Assembly: GCA_038087875.1 (NCBI GenBank)
Contig: JAXLNO010000053.1
Coordinates: forward strand, 1 to 64,000
DNA from: Malacoraja senta
Taxonomy: Eukaryota
Direction of reading: 5' to 3'
DNA length: 64,000 bases
Shown here: one piece after another, positions 39,125-51,756 of the stretch
How the letters are laid out: each line of letters begins with the position of its first letter
Position numbering within the stretch: position 1 is the first letter of the stretch
Notes under the pieces: generated by a model
Database searches by the model: none
Seen by the model: the letters and a program-made list of their open reading frames with translations, nothing else
What the model was told of the DNA's origin: nothing
Position numbers and translations under genes: made by a program

Positions 39125-42045
39125 TATTGACTCATCAATTTGCCACTAATACACATTCTTCCCATTTGAACTGTTGGAGTTTGACCTGGGATTGTTTACT
39201 TTTACACCTCCTATTTTCGTCCGTCCGTAGCCTTTGTCCAACCATCTGCCTACCACCCCCCCCCCCCCCTTCACCTGCATCAATCTATTACCTGTCAGGC
39301 TTTGTGTTGCCCCTCCTCTCTTCCAGCTTTCATCCCCCATCACCACAATCTGAAAGGCCCCAGCCCAATACGTCACCTATCCACGTTCTCCAGAGATGCT
39401 GCCTGACCAGTTACTCCAGCAGATTGTGTCTTGTTTTTTTTAACCTTGTTCCATCCCAACTATTTCTTTTTGCTCTGTCCAATTCCTATTGATCCAGGTA
39501 TCCTAATTTTACATGTAATTCACCACAGTTTTACACTTCAATCTGGCCCTATGCTGTTAATTTAGCCATTTTTCAATGTTTGATTGACAATATAGACAAT
39601 ATCTTCCTTAGATCCTAGATGTGCAGATACCATATTTGTATCAGCTCATCCTTCAGCAAACTGTCATTCAGAAAATATTTTAATTTACGGTGAGAATGAA
39701 GAAATGTTACATTAAACCAGGCTGTATATTTTAAACGTACATTAAAGAAATCTAGAAATACTAAATGTTCTACCTGTCTATTCCATGCTTACAATTGGCT
39801 TTGTGGGGAAACAGTTTAATCATTAACAATTTTACGATACACACCAATAAAGCTACGATTGGATTTATTTGCAATAATCTGATAGATTCTCTGAATGTCA
39901 AGGCCAGGGTAACTGAAATCTTCAAGATTGCCTGTAGGTCCATAGATGAGTGAATCAGTAAACCACAAATCTAAATATACAAATTATTCCTGAAATTGCT
40001 TGAAAAATCAAATGGTCCACAAGATCAATATACAATTAGTTCTCATCTACCAAAACAATTAGCCTTGTTACCCAAATGAAAACCCAAGGCTGGGTTAAGT
40101 ATGATTTTAGAATAGACTTCACACTGAAAGATGTAAACATATGCCTGCTGTTCTAGCAGAGAACAAATAAGCAATTAGCACTGACAGCACCAGCAGCAAT
40201 TGCTACTGATTATTCAGGACAGTATTAGAGCACTCAAACATTAAGCAGAGCCAAAGATCTAAGAAAAAAGTTTGATGGAGTTTTTACCCAGCAAAGTAGA
40301 TATAGGGAAACAAGATTTAATTTTGATACACACAATAGATTCTTGTGGACCCCTTCATCAAGTTAGAACTCATTAAATTGCAGGCATTAAATTAGAAAGG
40401 ATTAACCATTAGTTAAGTCACGACACTACACAAATGAGTACTTGGACCTCATATTTTACAGTCCATGTTAAATCATTCAGATAAAGGATCCCAGGACCGT
40501 TCATAATGTATACAAGTTTGACATAAAGGTTTGGAGGAAAACTAATCTGTGACAAAGATGCAATGAGATTTAGTAAGGTAAAGTGACATAATACAAATGT
40601 AATAGATGTACTTGATTTGGAAATGTCATCTACGAGGGAAATAAGATTAAAAAAAAGACAATTGCAAGCATTCAGAAATATCTGGATTTTCTTATGGGAT
40701 AAGCTATTGGAATTTTTTTTAAACCTTTAAGGGATTTCATAAACAATGCAATGACACCGAGTTATATTTGGACCATGCTACTTTAGTGACCAAATTTATT
40801 TTGCCTCCGAGTACACAAGGTACATTAGATCGTTTTATATCAAGGAGATGGTAGAAGAAACAAAGGCCTTTGTTCCCACAGTTCATGCAAACGACAGGGA
40901 ATTTAATTTCATTTTAATCTTGAGGGGCTTGACAGCATAGATCCTAGCAAGGATTTCATGTTTCAAGGAAACTATTTCACGTTTCATGTATTTTGTGTTT
41001 TTTTATGACTGTTGGCAGATCAATTTCTCTCCTGGGGTAAATAAAGTTCTATTGTATCGTAAGACATTTCACCTAGCTGACGAATATCAAACTGGGGTTC
41101 ATAGAATAGGTTGGATAAACTGGAGGGGGTGGGAGGTTTAGTCACTTCCACAAACGAGGTACATTTACTTCTCCAGTAAGCCACAAATATTCTCATGTTA
41201 TTAAATATGTAATGAAGACTTGCATCTAGTTATTTCTACATACCACAGACAAGATTACAGGTCATCCTTGCTTCACAGCAGGATTCCATTCCCAAGAATG
41301 GTCTGCAACCCAAATAGCCTGCCAGTCAGAAATGTGGCTGTGACCAGAATTCAAACAGGGCAGAAGATGGTTGCAGCTCCGCAGCAGCTAGAAAATTCAT
41401 CTTGCAAATCTCCCGCTTGTCAGTATGTATGTAATTGGCAGAGGTACTTGGTAGAGCTGCTGCCTTATAGTGCCAGAGATCCAGGTTGACCTAACCTCAG
41501 GTACTGTCTGTGTAGAGTTTGCACCTCCCTGAAACCTTGCGAGTTTCCTCCGGGTTCTTATACCACTTAGCAGGAATGAATGGAATAGTTTGGAATTAAT
41601 AACAAAACCAAAATGTTAGAAAAGTATTAAGAAATTACAATGATGAAAAAGATAGTAGAAAATAAAAATGCAGTCTATTATCCAATATAATTCTAAGCAG
41701 ACATTTCTAAAAGATGGTCAAAAATATTGCACTGATGCTTACTGAGCATAAATTAAATACGCCATCCAAATAAGCCAAGGTTCTGGACCAAAGTATCACA
41801 TATCTGAGTCTAGGTGTTTAAAAACTTTAGTTTTTAAATAATTCAACCGATAGAATTCAGTAATCTTTAGAACTTATTTGAACTCTTTACGATATTACAA
41901 ACCAGGGTCAAAGAAAGAGTGGATGTAAAGTACTGGTATTGAACATTGCACAAGAACTCATCAATGGACTTTAAAATAGGCGCTATTGTTTCACATAAAA
42001 CAACCTTGAAGACGACATGTGTCATCCACAGTTTAAGTGAATTTA

Positions 42046-42796
42046 TACAATACAATACAATACCATTTATTGTCATTTGAACATCAAATGAGGTTCAAAC
42101 GAAATTTGGTTTCTGCAGTCATACAAACAAGTAAAAAGAACCAAGACACAACACAATTTACACAAACATCCTCGCTATGATGGAAGGCAAAGTCTTATCT
42201 CTCCCCTGCACTCCCCATTCTCCTCCCAATGTCAGAGCCCCCGGCGGGCGATGGAAAATAAGTCCCGCAGCCATTAAAGCCGCGCCAGGCGATGTTAGAC
42301 CCAGCTCCAGGTCATCTTCAACCCCGCAACTCGGGCAGGAGAAGTTGCCGTTGCGGAAGCCCCGAAAAGCGGTCTCCCACCAGGGACCCGCGAGCTCCCG
42401 ATGTTACCGTCCACCAGACCCGCGGCTGGAGCCTCCGAAGTTCCGGGGTCGGGTCACAGCCGCGCACCACCGCAGCTCTCCACGCTCCGAACTCGGCCAG
42501 CTCCACGATGGTGAGTAGTCCGCAGGCTCCGCGACTGGAGCCCCAGGTCGTTCCGGTTGGAGGCCTCTCCACGGTGCTAGGCCCCAACGACAACGGAGAC
42601 CCGACAGAGAAAGGTCGAGTCCTCCATACAGGGAAGAGATTTTTTAAAGTTTCCCCCTCCCCCCCCCGCCCCCCACATATACACAGTTAAAAACAATATT
42701 AAAAAACACAAACAACTACATTTAACTAGACAAAAATTTAAAAAAAGACAGACGGACTGCAGTCGAGCCGCTGCCGTTAGGCGCCGCCACTTCCGG
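42046..42796 (-). mobile_element. Third member of the GC-rich non-coding family
   Basis: Starts CCGGAAGTGGCGGCGC; ends in TTTGAAC..GTTCAAA hairpin, AATAAA and (GTATT)n. Confidence 0.6.
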
Positions 42797-44662
42797 ATTA
42801 TCACACCATTTTTAGATTCCCTTAATATTACAAACACCGACTAGGAAATTGAAAAGTATTTGGAAATAATGCCATGGCACATTGCTTGAAAAATCCCTCA
42901 AATTATATCTCAAAAGTTTTTCATTGCCTGAAAAGCAATCAGGACAAAAGGGCTTAGAAGATGAGTCTTCTGCTTTTATAGTGCTTCACATATTACTAGT
43001 TACTTTTGGATGTAATGTAGATAAACAGTAGAGTATGCCCCAAAGGCACAAGGGATAAATGTCACCCTGGACAAAGAGAAATTCCTACAAGAGTTGATTC
43101 TCCAAAAACATTAAACCCTGCAGGGGAAAAAATGGTTAAATATATTACCCAAGAGACCAAATTGCATGCTCACACCAGGAACTGGGTTCCACTAGTATAC
43201 TTCAGAGTCGTGAGTCAGAGCACCATCAACTCAGCCAGATTAATATACAATTCTCTATAAGATTAGAATGGAAAGGTGAACATTTCATGTATTTTGAATT
43301 AGCCCTCAATTAAGTTTTCAGAAAGTAAAATCTTGTATTTGCATAATGTTCACTAACTTTGATACTGACAAACATTGAATAACTTAATATTTAAAGAAGT
43401 TTCAATACTAAATTAGTTGAGATCATGAGCTACTGTGAAACATTCTCTATTTTTGAGGAGATTACAAATGTCTTATCAGGAACTTTAAAATGAAATTTCA
43501 CTTTAAAGTAAATTCTCATTTGGCAGAGTTCATGTCAAAACAGATTCTGAATCCATCACAACGTTCTTGACAACAGTTGAGAAAAATGTGTTCAGAGAAA
43601 AAACACTACCTGGGAAAGTTTTTGAATTGTGCATGGACTTCTTGGCTGTGACATGCATGCTTTTACATTTTGGCAAATGATAACTGCAAGCAACAGGTTT
43701 GCAAAAACAATGTTAAAGGGTAAAACTATGGTTGCAATTGTACCGATTCAATGGCCAGACAACAGATTCAACAGAAGGGGAGTTTTTAAGCGAGAAAGAA
43801 CTTAAAAATGTTTTAACAATAAGTTTAAAAGACTCCAATCCAATGAATTGCTTGTGTTCTGGACCTACCCTCAGGCACAAATACATTATTAATATTCGGA
43901 ACAGTATCCTTTTTCAAAAAATACTGCTGGGAATAGTAATTGTAATCACTACATAAAATATAGATAAAGATAAAAATAAAAAATGTTTAAGAAGGAACTG
44001 CAGATGCTGGAAAATCGAAGGTAGACAAAAATGCTGTGGAAACTCAGCGGGTGAGGCAGCATCTATGGAGCGAAGGAAATAGGCAACTTTTCGGGTCGAA
44101 CCCCTTCTTAAACATTTCCGTTCTTAAACAAGAACCCTTCTTAAACATGTTCCTTCTTAAACATTTTATCTACTCCACAGCAAAATCTCCTCAAGGTATG
44201 CCCACTTTGAAGAAGTTCTCCTCCTCTCTCCGAAGAGTTTAACAACCTCCTCTCTCACTGCCCCCCCCCCCCCCGCCTCTGTAATTCCCCCTTCCCTCCA
44301 ACTCTACGACCCTAAAAATAAAAAAGGTGCTTACCTTATTGATTAGATAATTCATTCAGTAACATATTTCTCAATAAAAAGGAACATATAAAATCTGATA
44401 AATAAACTAGTTCAATCTTTGTAATCCATGCTATCTTTTCTGGTGATAATTGCTTGCAAGGCTAATAATTCCAAAATTCACTCCCGTACAATCCTTGGTA
44501 CCATTTACACCTCTTGGACATTCTACATGCACTTTAGTCTTTATATCAAAACCAAGTAACTGGAAACTGGAAATATGAAAAGTTAGAAAATGCCAGCACT
44601 CAGTCAGGCAGCCTCCAGTTAATATTTCAGATTGATGTCCTTCTATCAGGACTAGAGATAAA

Positions 44663-44781
44663 TGTGTAGGAAGGAACTGCAAATGCTGGTTTAACCAAAG
44701 ATAGACACAAAAAGCTGGAGTAACTCAGCAGGACAGGCAGCATCTCTGGAGAGAAGGGTGACGTTTCGGGTCGAGACCCTG
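44663..44781 (-). mobile_element. Short Penelope pLTR-derived element, 11-bp TSD
   Basis: CTAGAGATAAA at 44652-44662 and 44782-44792. Confidence 0.8.
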
Positions 44782-44827
44782 CTAGAGATAAAACTTGATA
44801 GTCAAAGTACTTTCAGTTAAAATACAA

Positions 44828-45288
44828 AACATAGAAACATAGAAAATAGGTGCAGGAGTAGGCCATTCGGCCCTTCGAGCCATTCAAAATGGTCATGGCT
44901 GATCATCCAACTCAGTATCCTGTACGTGCTTTCTCTCCATACCCCCTGATCCCTTTAGCCACAAGGGCCACATCTAACTCCCTCTTAAATATAGCCAATG
45001 AACTGGCCTCAACTACCTTCTGTGGCAGAGAATTCCAGAGATTCACCACTCTGTGTGAAAAATGTTTTCCTCATCTCGGTCCTAAAAGATTTCCCCCTTA
45101 TCCTTAAACTGTGACCCCCTTGTTCTGGACTTCCCCAACATCGGGAACAATCTTCCTGCATCTAGCCTGTCCAACCCCTTAAGAATTTTGTACGTTTCTA
45201 TAAGATCCCCCCTCAATCTTCTAAATTCTAGCGAGTACAAACCGAGTCTATCCAGTCTTTCTTCATATGAAAGTCCTGACATCCCAGG
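44828..45288 (-). mobile_element. CR1-clade LINE 3' end
   Basis: PGMSGLSYEERLDRLGLYSLEFRRLRGDLIETYKIL is the typical CR1 ORF2 C-terminus. Confidence 0.9.
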
Positions 45289-46318
45289 AAAACCAATTCT
45301 CGTTGCATATTCTGCACCAGAATCTTCCACAGGTTCAAGATGAGGACCTGCTGAAATCTCTCAAATACTTGTGGATGCTAGTGCACTGGTCTTGCCACGG
45401 ACTATCCTGTCTGTACTCATTCTAGCCTATTACCATGCAGCAAGCCCCCACAAAGTGAAGGTGATTAGGTTTTCTATTTTAGGTATCTTCAGCCCATTGT
45501 CTACGCAGATCACCGATCACTCTAGTTCTAAATTATCCCACTTTCTCATCCATTCCCTGCACAGTAAGAGCAAATGGTAACCCAATGTAGCTAATTAACC
45601 TACAAACTTGCACGCCTTTGGGGGCGTGGGAGGAATCCGTAACAGTCAGAAAACTCATGGGGTCCAAGGGAGAATGTGAAAACCCCACACAGACAATATC
45701 CGAGGTCAGGATCCAACCCAGGTTTCCAGCACTGAGGCAGCAGCTCTACGCTACTGGCCTGTTTCTGTGTTTGAGGAACAAATAGAATTAATAAAGTATA
45801 TTGTAATGTTGTGAAATGTTCAGGAAGACTCTAAATGTCCCTTCTTGCCATCTATATATTCCATTTCCTTTAATCCAGCTGGTAGACGTAGCCAACTTAG
45901 GTGTCTTATGAACCTTCACATGGAAAGATTGTATCTTTTGTATGAACCTTAACTGCGGCATACATCTGACAACTCAATTTGAAGTACCATCGATTTACCA
46001 TCTCCATTACCTTGTGTACATCACAACTGAGGACTATAGGAAACTGGAACAGCAAAAGGCGTTAGAAGTTGATCTGTCTTAATCATAGCGAAGTACAGGG
46101 CAGCGTTATAAAACAAAGTGACCTAGCCCAGCTCCTATTTTATTATACTTGTACAAGAATTTCCTTCACCAACACCACTATTCCCTTTGAAAAGCCCAAG
46201 GTTTGTCCAATTTGTTCCCAGTTTGAAAGGTTCCAACTTGAAATGTCATCTGCCCATTTCCTTGCGTAGATGCTGCCTACTCCACAGAGTTCCTGCCTGC
46301 ACTGCTTATCTATATATA

Positions 46319-47021
46319 CTACACCAAGAGCGGACCCGCTGGGCCCCGTCACCCAACGCAATATTCCACCACTCCCCGAGCGGCCTGGAGCCGGGGGAGG
46401 GAGAGACCGAGGCTGCGGCCTAGTCCTTGCCCCGGGTCCCTCTCCTCTCCCTCCCCGTGGGCCAGAGCAGCAGCACCGCCGCCCCCCGACCCAGCCCCCA
46501 GCGTGGCATCTCCCCGCCCCGCGGACCCGGAGCAGCACCGCCGCCGCCCCCAGCCCCTGGCGCGGCCTCTCCCTGCCCCCGGACCAGCTCCAGGGACGGG
46601 GGGGGGTACAAAGGACCCGTGAAGGCGTTTGTAAAATAAAAGGAAACTTACCCTTGGAGCTGTTGGATCCCCATTGTGAGGCCAGGCTAGTAAACATGAA
46701 GGAAAAAGATGGCTTTCTGACAATGGGAAAAGGCCCCAACTGAGCAGGCGCGACTGAGGACCCGTTGGGTGCCCTTTGTGACGCCAGTCAAGTAAAGGCG
46801 TCAAGTGGGGGGCGCTGTTTTAATTTTTTAAGTTTTAAACGTCAATAACTTGTAGAATATAACATCAATCTGAAGGAAAATTGCTACTGCACATCCGAGG
46901 ACAATGGTAATTGTCGCGTTATCGTGTACCGTTTTTGCGCAGTTTCAGAAACAAATATAGGTATATACAAATATAGGTATGTATGTATGTACAAACAAGA
47001 TGAGAGTTTTAGTAATATATA
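46319..47021 (-). mobile_element. Non-autonomous Helitron D (C-like 5' end)
   Basis: 5' TATATATTACTAAAACTCTCATCTTG; 3' GGCCC-AGC-GGGTCC hairpin with a degenerate terminus (GTAG). Confidence 0.7.
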
Positions 47022-48495
47022 CCAGACCAAGTGGGACCCGTTGAGCCCCATTCCCCCACGCAATATTCCACCACTCACCCATAGCCCCCAACTGCTCAGA
47101 CGCAGCTGATGGGTTCCCGCTGTGATGCCAGAGATCCCAGTTGCGATGCGAGTCACGGCAACCCTCCCCCAACTACGCCTCGCCATCCCTCTTCCTACCC
47201 CTATCCTCCTCCATTCCCCCTCATCCCCCAACACTCCCACCCCCTCCTCATTCCGCTCATGTCCTCTCCCCTCCCTACCTCCCCTTTCCCCGACCCTCAG
47301 TCACTACCTTCATAACCCAGCTCCTCTCCCTCTATCTCCCTGCTCCCCCACTCTCCCTATCTCACCCCCCCCTCTCCCTCCTGACCCACCCACTGCCCTC
47401 CTTCTCCCCCACTTCACCTCCACAACTTTCCCCTCCTTACCACGCCCACACACTAGCCCACGCACACACTAGCCCATGCCTACACAAGCTCACGCCCTCA
47501 CACACACACAAGCCCAAGCACTAGCCCATGCCCTCACGCACTAGCCCACACGCACAAGCCCACGCCCACACACACACAAGCGCATGCCCACACTGGCCCC
47601 GGCCGACACACACACTAGTCTACACACAAGCCCAAGCCCACACACACTAGCCCAGACAAGCCCAAGCCCGCACACACACAAGCCCACGCCCACACACACA
47701 AGCCCACGCCCACACACACAAGCCCACGCACAAAAGCCCACGCCCACACACACAAGCCCACGCCCACACACACAAGCCCACGCCCACTGGTCCACACACA
47801 AGCCCACACCCACACACACACAAGCCCATGGCCACACGCAAGACCACGCCCACACACACTAGCCCAGACAAGCCCACGCCTACACACACTAGCCCAAGCC
47901 CGCACACACAAGCCCACGCCCGCACACACACAAGCCCACGCCCGCACACACACAAGCCCACGCCCGCACACACACAAGCCCACGCCCGCACACACACAAG
48001 CCCACGCCCGCACACACACAAGCCCACGCCCGCACACACACAAGCCCACGCCCGCACACACACAAGCCCACGCCCGCACACACACAAGCCCACGCCCGCA
48101 CACACACAAGACCACGCCCGCACACACACAAGACCACGCCCGCACACACACAAGACCACGCCCGCACACACACAAGACCACGCCCGCACACACACAAGCC
48201 CACGCCTGCGCACACACAAGCCCACGCCTGCGCACACACAAGCCCACGCCCGCACACCCACAAGCCCACGCCCGCACACACAAACAAGCCCACGCCCGCA
48301 CACACACAAACCCACGCCCACACATGCACACAAGCCCACGCACGCACACAAGCCCACGCCTGCCCTAACCCACGCACTCGCCCACGCCACGCACGCACTA
48401 GCCCACGCCCAAGTAAGATTCTGCAAAATTTTCACGCTATTGTGTACCGTTCCTTGATCTCACAAACAGACAAGACTTTTAATAGTATGTATAGA
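47022..48495 (-). mobile_element. Non-autonomous Helitron E carrying a minisatellite
   Basis: 5' A|TCTATACATACTATTAAAAGTC; 3' CAACGGGTCCCACTTGGTCTGG|T; shares blocks with D and F. Confidence 0.72.
47445..48412. repeat. 20-bp minisatellite (CACACACAAGCCCACGCCCG)n
   Basis: Dozens of tandem units, most homogeneous at 47900-48300. Confidence 0.95.
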
Positions 48496-49432
48496 TATAG
48501 ACAGATAAATAGATAGAAGATAGATAAATAACTAAGTCTCATCTTGTATGTATGTGTGTATGTTCCCGAAATACAGCCAAAACGGTACATAATTCAACAA
48601 TTCTAGGGGCACCTTACTCACCATTAGCCTGTGGTGTGCAGTATCAAGTTTTGTTATATTTTACAAAGTAATTCACTTTAAAAACTTTAACTTTATACAC
48701 TGAATGGGACGAGTTTCAACGCGGCAGTCGCGCTTGCGCAGTTGGGGGAGGGTTGCAAGGCCCAGTATCCTCGCGTGTGCTGTTGGGGAGAGTTGCCGGG
48801 CCCGGCGGCGGAGCGCCTGCGCAATGCACTCCCACTTGCCGGGCCCGTCAGCCAAGCCTGCGTAGTTGGGGGAGGGTTGCCGGGCCCGGTACCTGTGCGT
48901 ACGCAGTTGACGGAATTTGAAATAACTGAACCTCTGGCATCGCAACGGGGGCCCAACAGGGACCCAACGGGTCCACGGGTTGTCTAGTGTATTATAATTC
49001 TAACTTGTTTTGCATTTTTCTTTAAAACTACAAATGTGCAGTGCTCAAAACTGACCACTGTAGTCTGGCCACAGACTACATATTCTACAGCTTTACATAT
49101 AGTTTTAGCATTCTATATATTTAATAAATATAACAATATTTTGTTCAAGTGATAGTCAGTTGCTCAAGACACAAATTAGGAACTGAGCCCAGTGCAGTTA
49201 TTTTAGATACATTACAGATCATGAAACTATTCAACTAAATGAATCCATTTCAAAACCTTCCAGATATATCAGTTGCTGGCTGCAAACATCTGTAAAATGC
49301 TTTAAAACAACATAATCTGATTCTAATCTTTATGAAACAAAAGTCTAACATGTTAAGCACTTCCTATTTTCTAGAGTGTAGAATATTCCTGAACTTATTT
49401 TGACCTACATGATAAAGTTCTATTTCTACTAA

Positions 49433-49840
49433 AGGGCCTGTCCCACGGGCAGGCGAGTCCAGGCGGCAAGCGCGACTTCCTCCGAAGCGGGGGCCGCGCG
49501 GAGGCCGAGTGATTACCGTACGGCCTGTCCCACGAGCATGCGAATGCATGCGGCGAGCGCGGCGTCGGGTGATGACGTCATCGCGCAATGCAACGCGCTA
49601 GCCTACTCCGTCAAGACAGTGCGCGGCATCGAGGCGGTGCGCGCGGCGGCAGGCCGTTGCCGCACGGGATTTTTGGACAGTGTCAGTTTTTCTGAGCCCC
49701 GCACGGTGTCGGGACCAACTACCTACGGCTCCGGCGATCTACGTGGGACCGACCCCGCGACCCCGCGGCCCCCGCGCAGCCTCCGCTTCCTGCTAGGTCG
49801 CGCTTGCCGCCTGGAATCGCCTGCCCGTGGGACAGGCCCT
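49433..49840. mobile_element. PIF/Harbinger-type MITE, CpG-rich
   Basis: ~44-bp TIRs AGGGCCTGTCCCACGGGCAGGCGA..; 3-bp TSD TAA; same terminal 14 bp as 24819-25032. Confidence 0.88.
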
Positions 49841-51609
49841 TAAAAGCTCCACAATGTAGCAAAACAGTCTTCCACTATAATCCAGTCCACCAATGCCATT
49901 GGTGAAAATAGGGCAAAGGACAAAGGACAAAGGACAAAACATAGAAAAACAAATGGAAGATACAAGATGCAAGACAATGAATATTTGTATACAACTGCTG
50001 AAAATGAACAGAACCTAATTTAGGTCAATTCCATCCCCCAGACTAAATTCTCTGCCACCAATTCAAAAACTGGTTCCACTAATCACAAGCATTTTTGTTT
50101 ATGTTGTGCGCATGCATGTTTCTCTTCTGCCACCAATGGTCTAAAATCTGTCCTGCAACTTTAATAGACATACATTAGTATCTAATCTTTTTCATTACAT
50201 TGTATAACTACTTCTGTGAAATCACGGTGAATTTCAGCTAGTGAAGCCGTTCCCCAGCCACTAGATCAATTCACATTACTGAATACGGTGGGCCCTGTTC
50301 AAATATCAATGGAGTATCTTTTTTTCCAACTTTGATACATTGTGGAACATCACACGAATATGAAAAACGTGTTCAGAACATGTGAGATCGTTTCATAATT
50401 AAGCTTGCGCCTAATCTTTACAGAGACCTACCTCTACATTATGGGCAGATGACATTCCCAGAAAACGGCCAGTATTGTGATTTTCTGCCGCTCAAAGTCA
50501 CGACATCTGTGTGTGCATCAGGAAATGAGTTGAAGTAAATTGTATTCACCTTTTTCCACATTCACTTCAAGCCTGCTTATAGAGCAATTTTTGATTGTGT
50601 ACCACAGTTACAATGATTTGAGAATTTTGCAAGGGCGAATTGCCATCACCAAAATACTGCAACACAGAGGTCGCTTGTATACTATAAATGCAGGCTTGAG
50701 GAACCAAATCATTATTTTTAAAAACACTGCATGAGCAAATAATCTTAACTATTACAACAACAAAAAAAACAATTTTCTTCATGCATGTTTTGATGGGGTT
50801 TTTTAAACTGCACTTTATGTCCTAAGGTATACAATTGATATGGACCTTATCTGTCAAGTTCTTATTTGATGAAAGGAGTTCATAAATAAATGCTTTCATC
50901 ATTCAAACCACAAGTACCAGTTGGGAACTAACAAGGATCTATCTGGACACCATTTGCAGCTGGGTAGTTTGTCACTGGCAGTCCATTGCCTACTGCAAGG
51001 CCAATGCTACATCAGCTCTGTTTGTGGCATATACTCAATGGCTTAAACAAAATGTGCACTGAGCCTATTCTCAAATTATTTTTTGCTTGATTTAATGGCT
51101 TGTTTTGAAAAGGCATTTAAGGAGCATGTGGTTGCATAACGTTACCGCCACATGAACAGTGCTTGTTGGTCGCAAGTATGTATACAAACTAATGAATTAA
51201 ATCCGATTTTTCTTTGCTTTATTTGAACCATGTTCTTGAAGTTAATTATCAACACACAATCACTTCAGCCCTTGAGTAAAATAGGGTTAATCTGAATGAA
51301 TTATTTAATCCAAAGTCTCAAAAGAATTAAAGTTTCAACTGTTGGAACATCTCTAACATATTCCTCAAAAGAATATGTTCACACATATTGTGCACAAAGT
51401 TCTTTATTTTGCCCATTTTGCCAATTGTTCATGACTAGGAAAAGAAAAAAAATTATACAGGCACATAACTAGCAGCAGGAATCAAGATGAAAGAGTTTTG
51501 ACTATTAAACCTGTTCCCTTTGACAGTTTCTTATATAACCATATAACCATAACAGCACGGAAACAGGCCATCTCGTCCCTTCAAGTCCGTGCCGAACATT
51601 TTAAAAACA

Positions 51610-51756
51610 TTTTTTTTTCTTCTTCTTGCGTATGGCGTTCACATCCTAAAGTTGTAGGACAACTTGTTCTATTTGATCTTATTTGGTTGTGCACGCCAGG
51701 TTGATTGCATTCGGCGAAACAGGGAGGACCACGTGAAGGTTGCAATCTCCCACCCC
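51610..51756 (-). mobile_element. Ribozyme-headed SINE-like element with (GAA)n/poly-A tail (complete copy)
   Basis: Near-identical to 63887-64000; ends ...CATACGCAAGAAGAAGAAAAAAAAA; sits next to a CR1-like tail fragment. Confidence 0.8.
51703..51756 (-). ncRNA. Minimal HDV-like ribozyme motif, copy 1
   Basis: Reverse complement GGGGUGG GA GAUUGCA ACC UUCACGU GGU CCUCCCU GU UUCGC CGAA UGCAAUC; canonical J4/2 CGAA; one U-U mismatch in P1. Confidence 0.8.

Larger units (their letters stand above)
46309..48987 (+). mobile_element. Host non-autonomous Helitron F, interrupted near its 5' end by elements D and E
   Basis: A|TCTATATAT at 46309; body resumes at ~48526 (CTCATCTTGTATGTATG...AAAACGGTAC); ends GGACCC-AAC-GGGTCC...CTAG|T at 48987. 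Confidence 0.75.

Noticed and set aside
42740..42796. Ribozyme at the 5' end of the GC-rich family
   Set aside because: Only a simple hairpin is evident; could not fit an HDV or hammerhead topology
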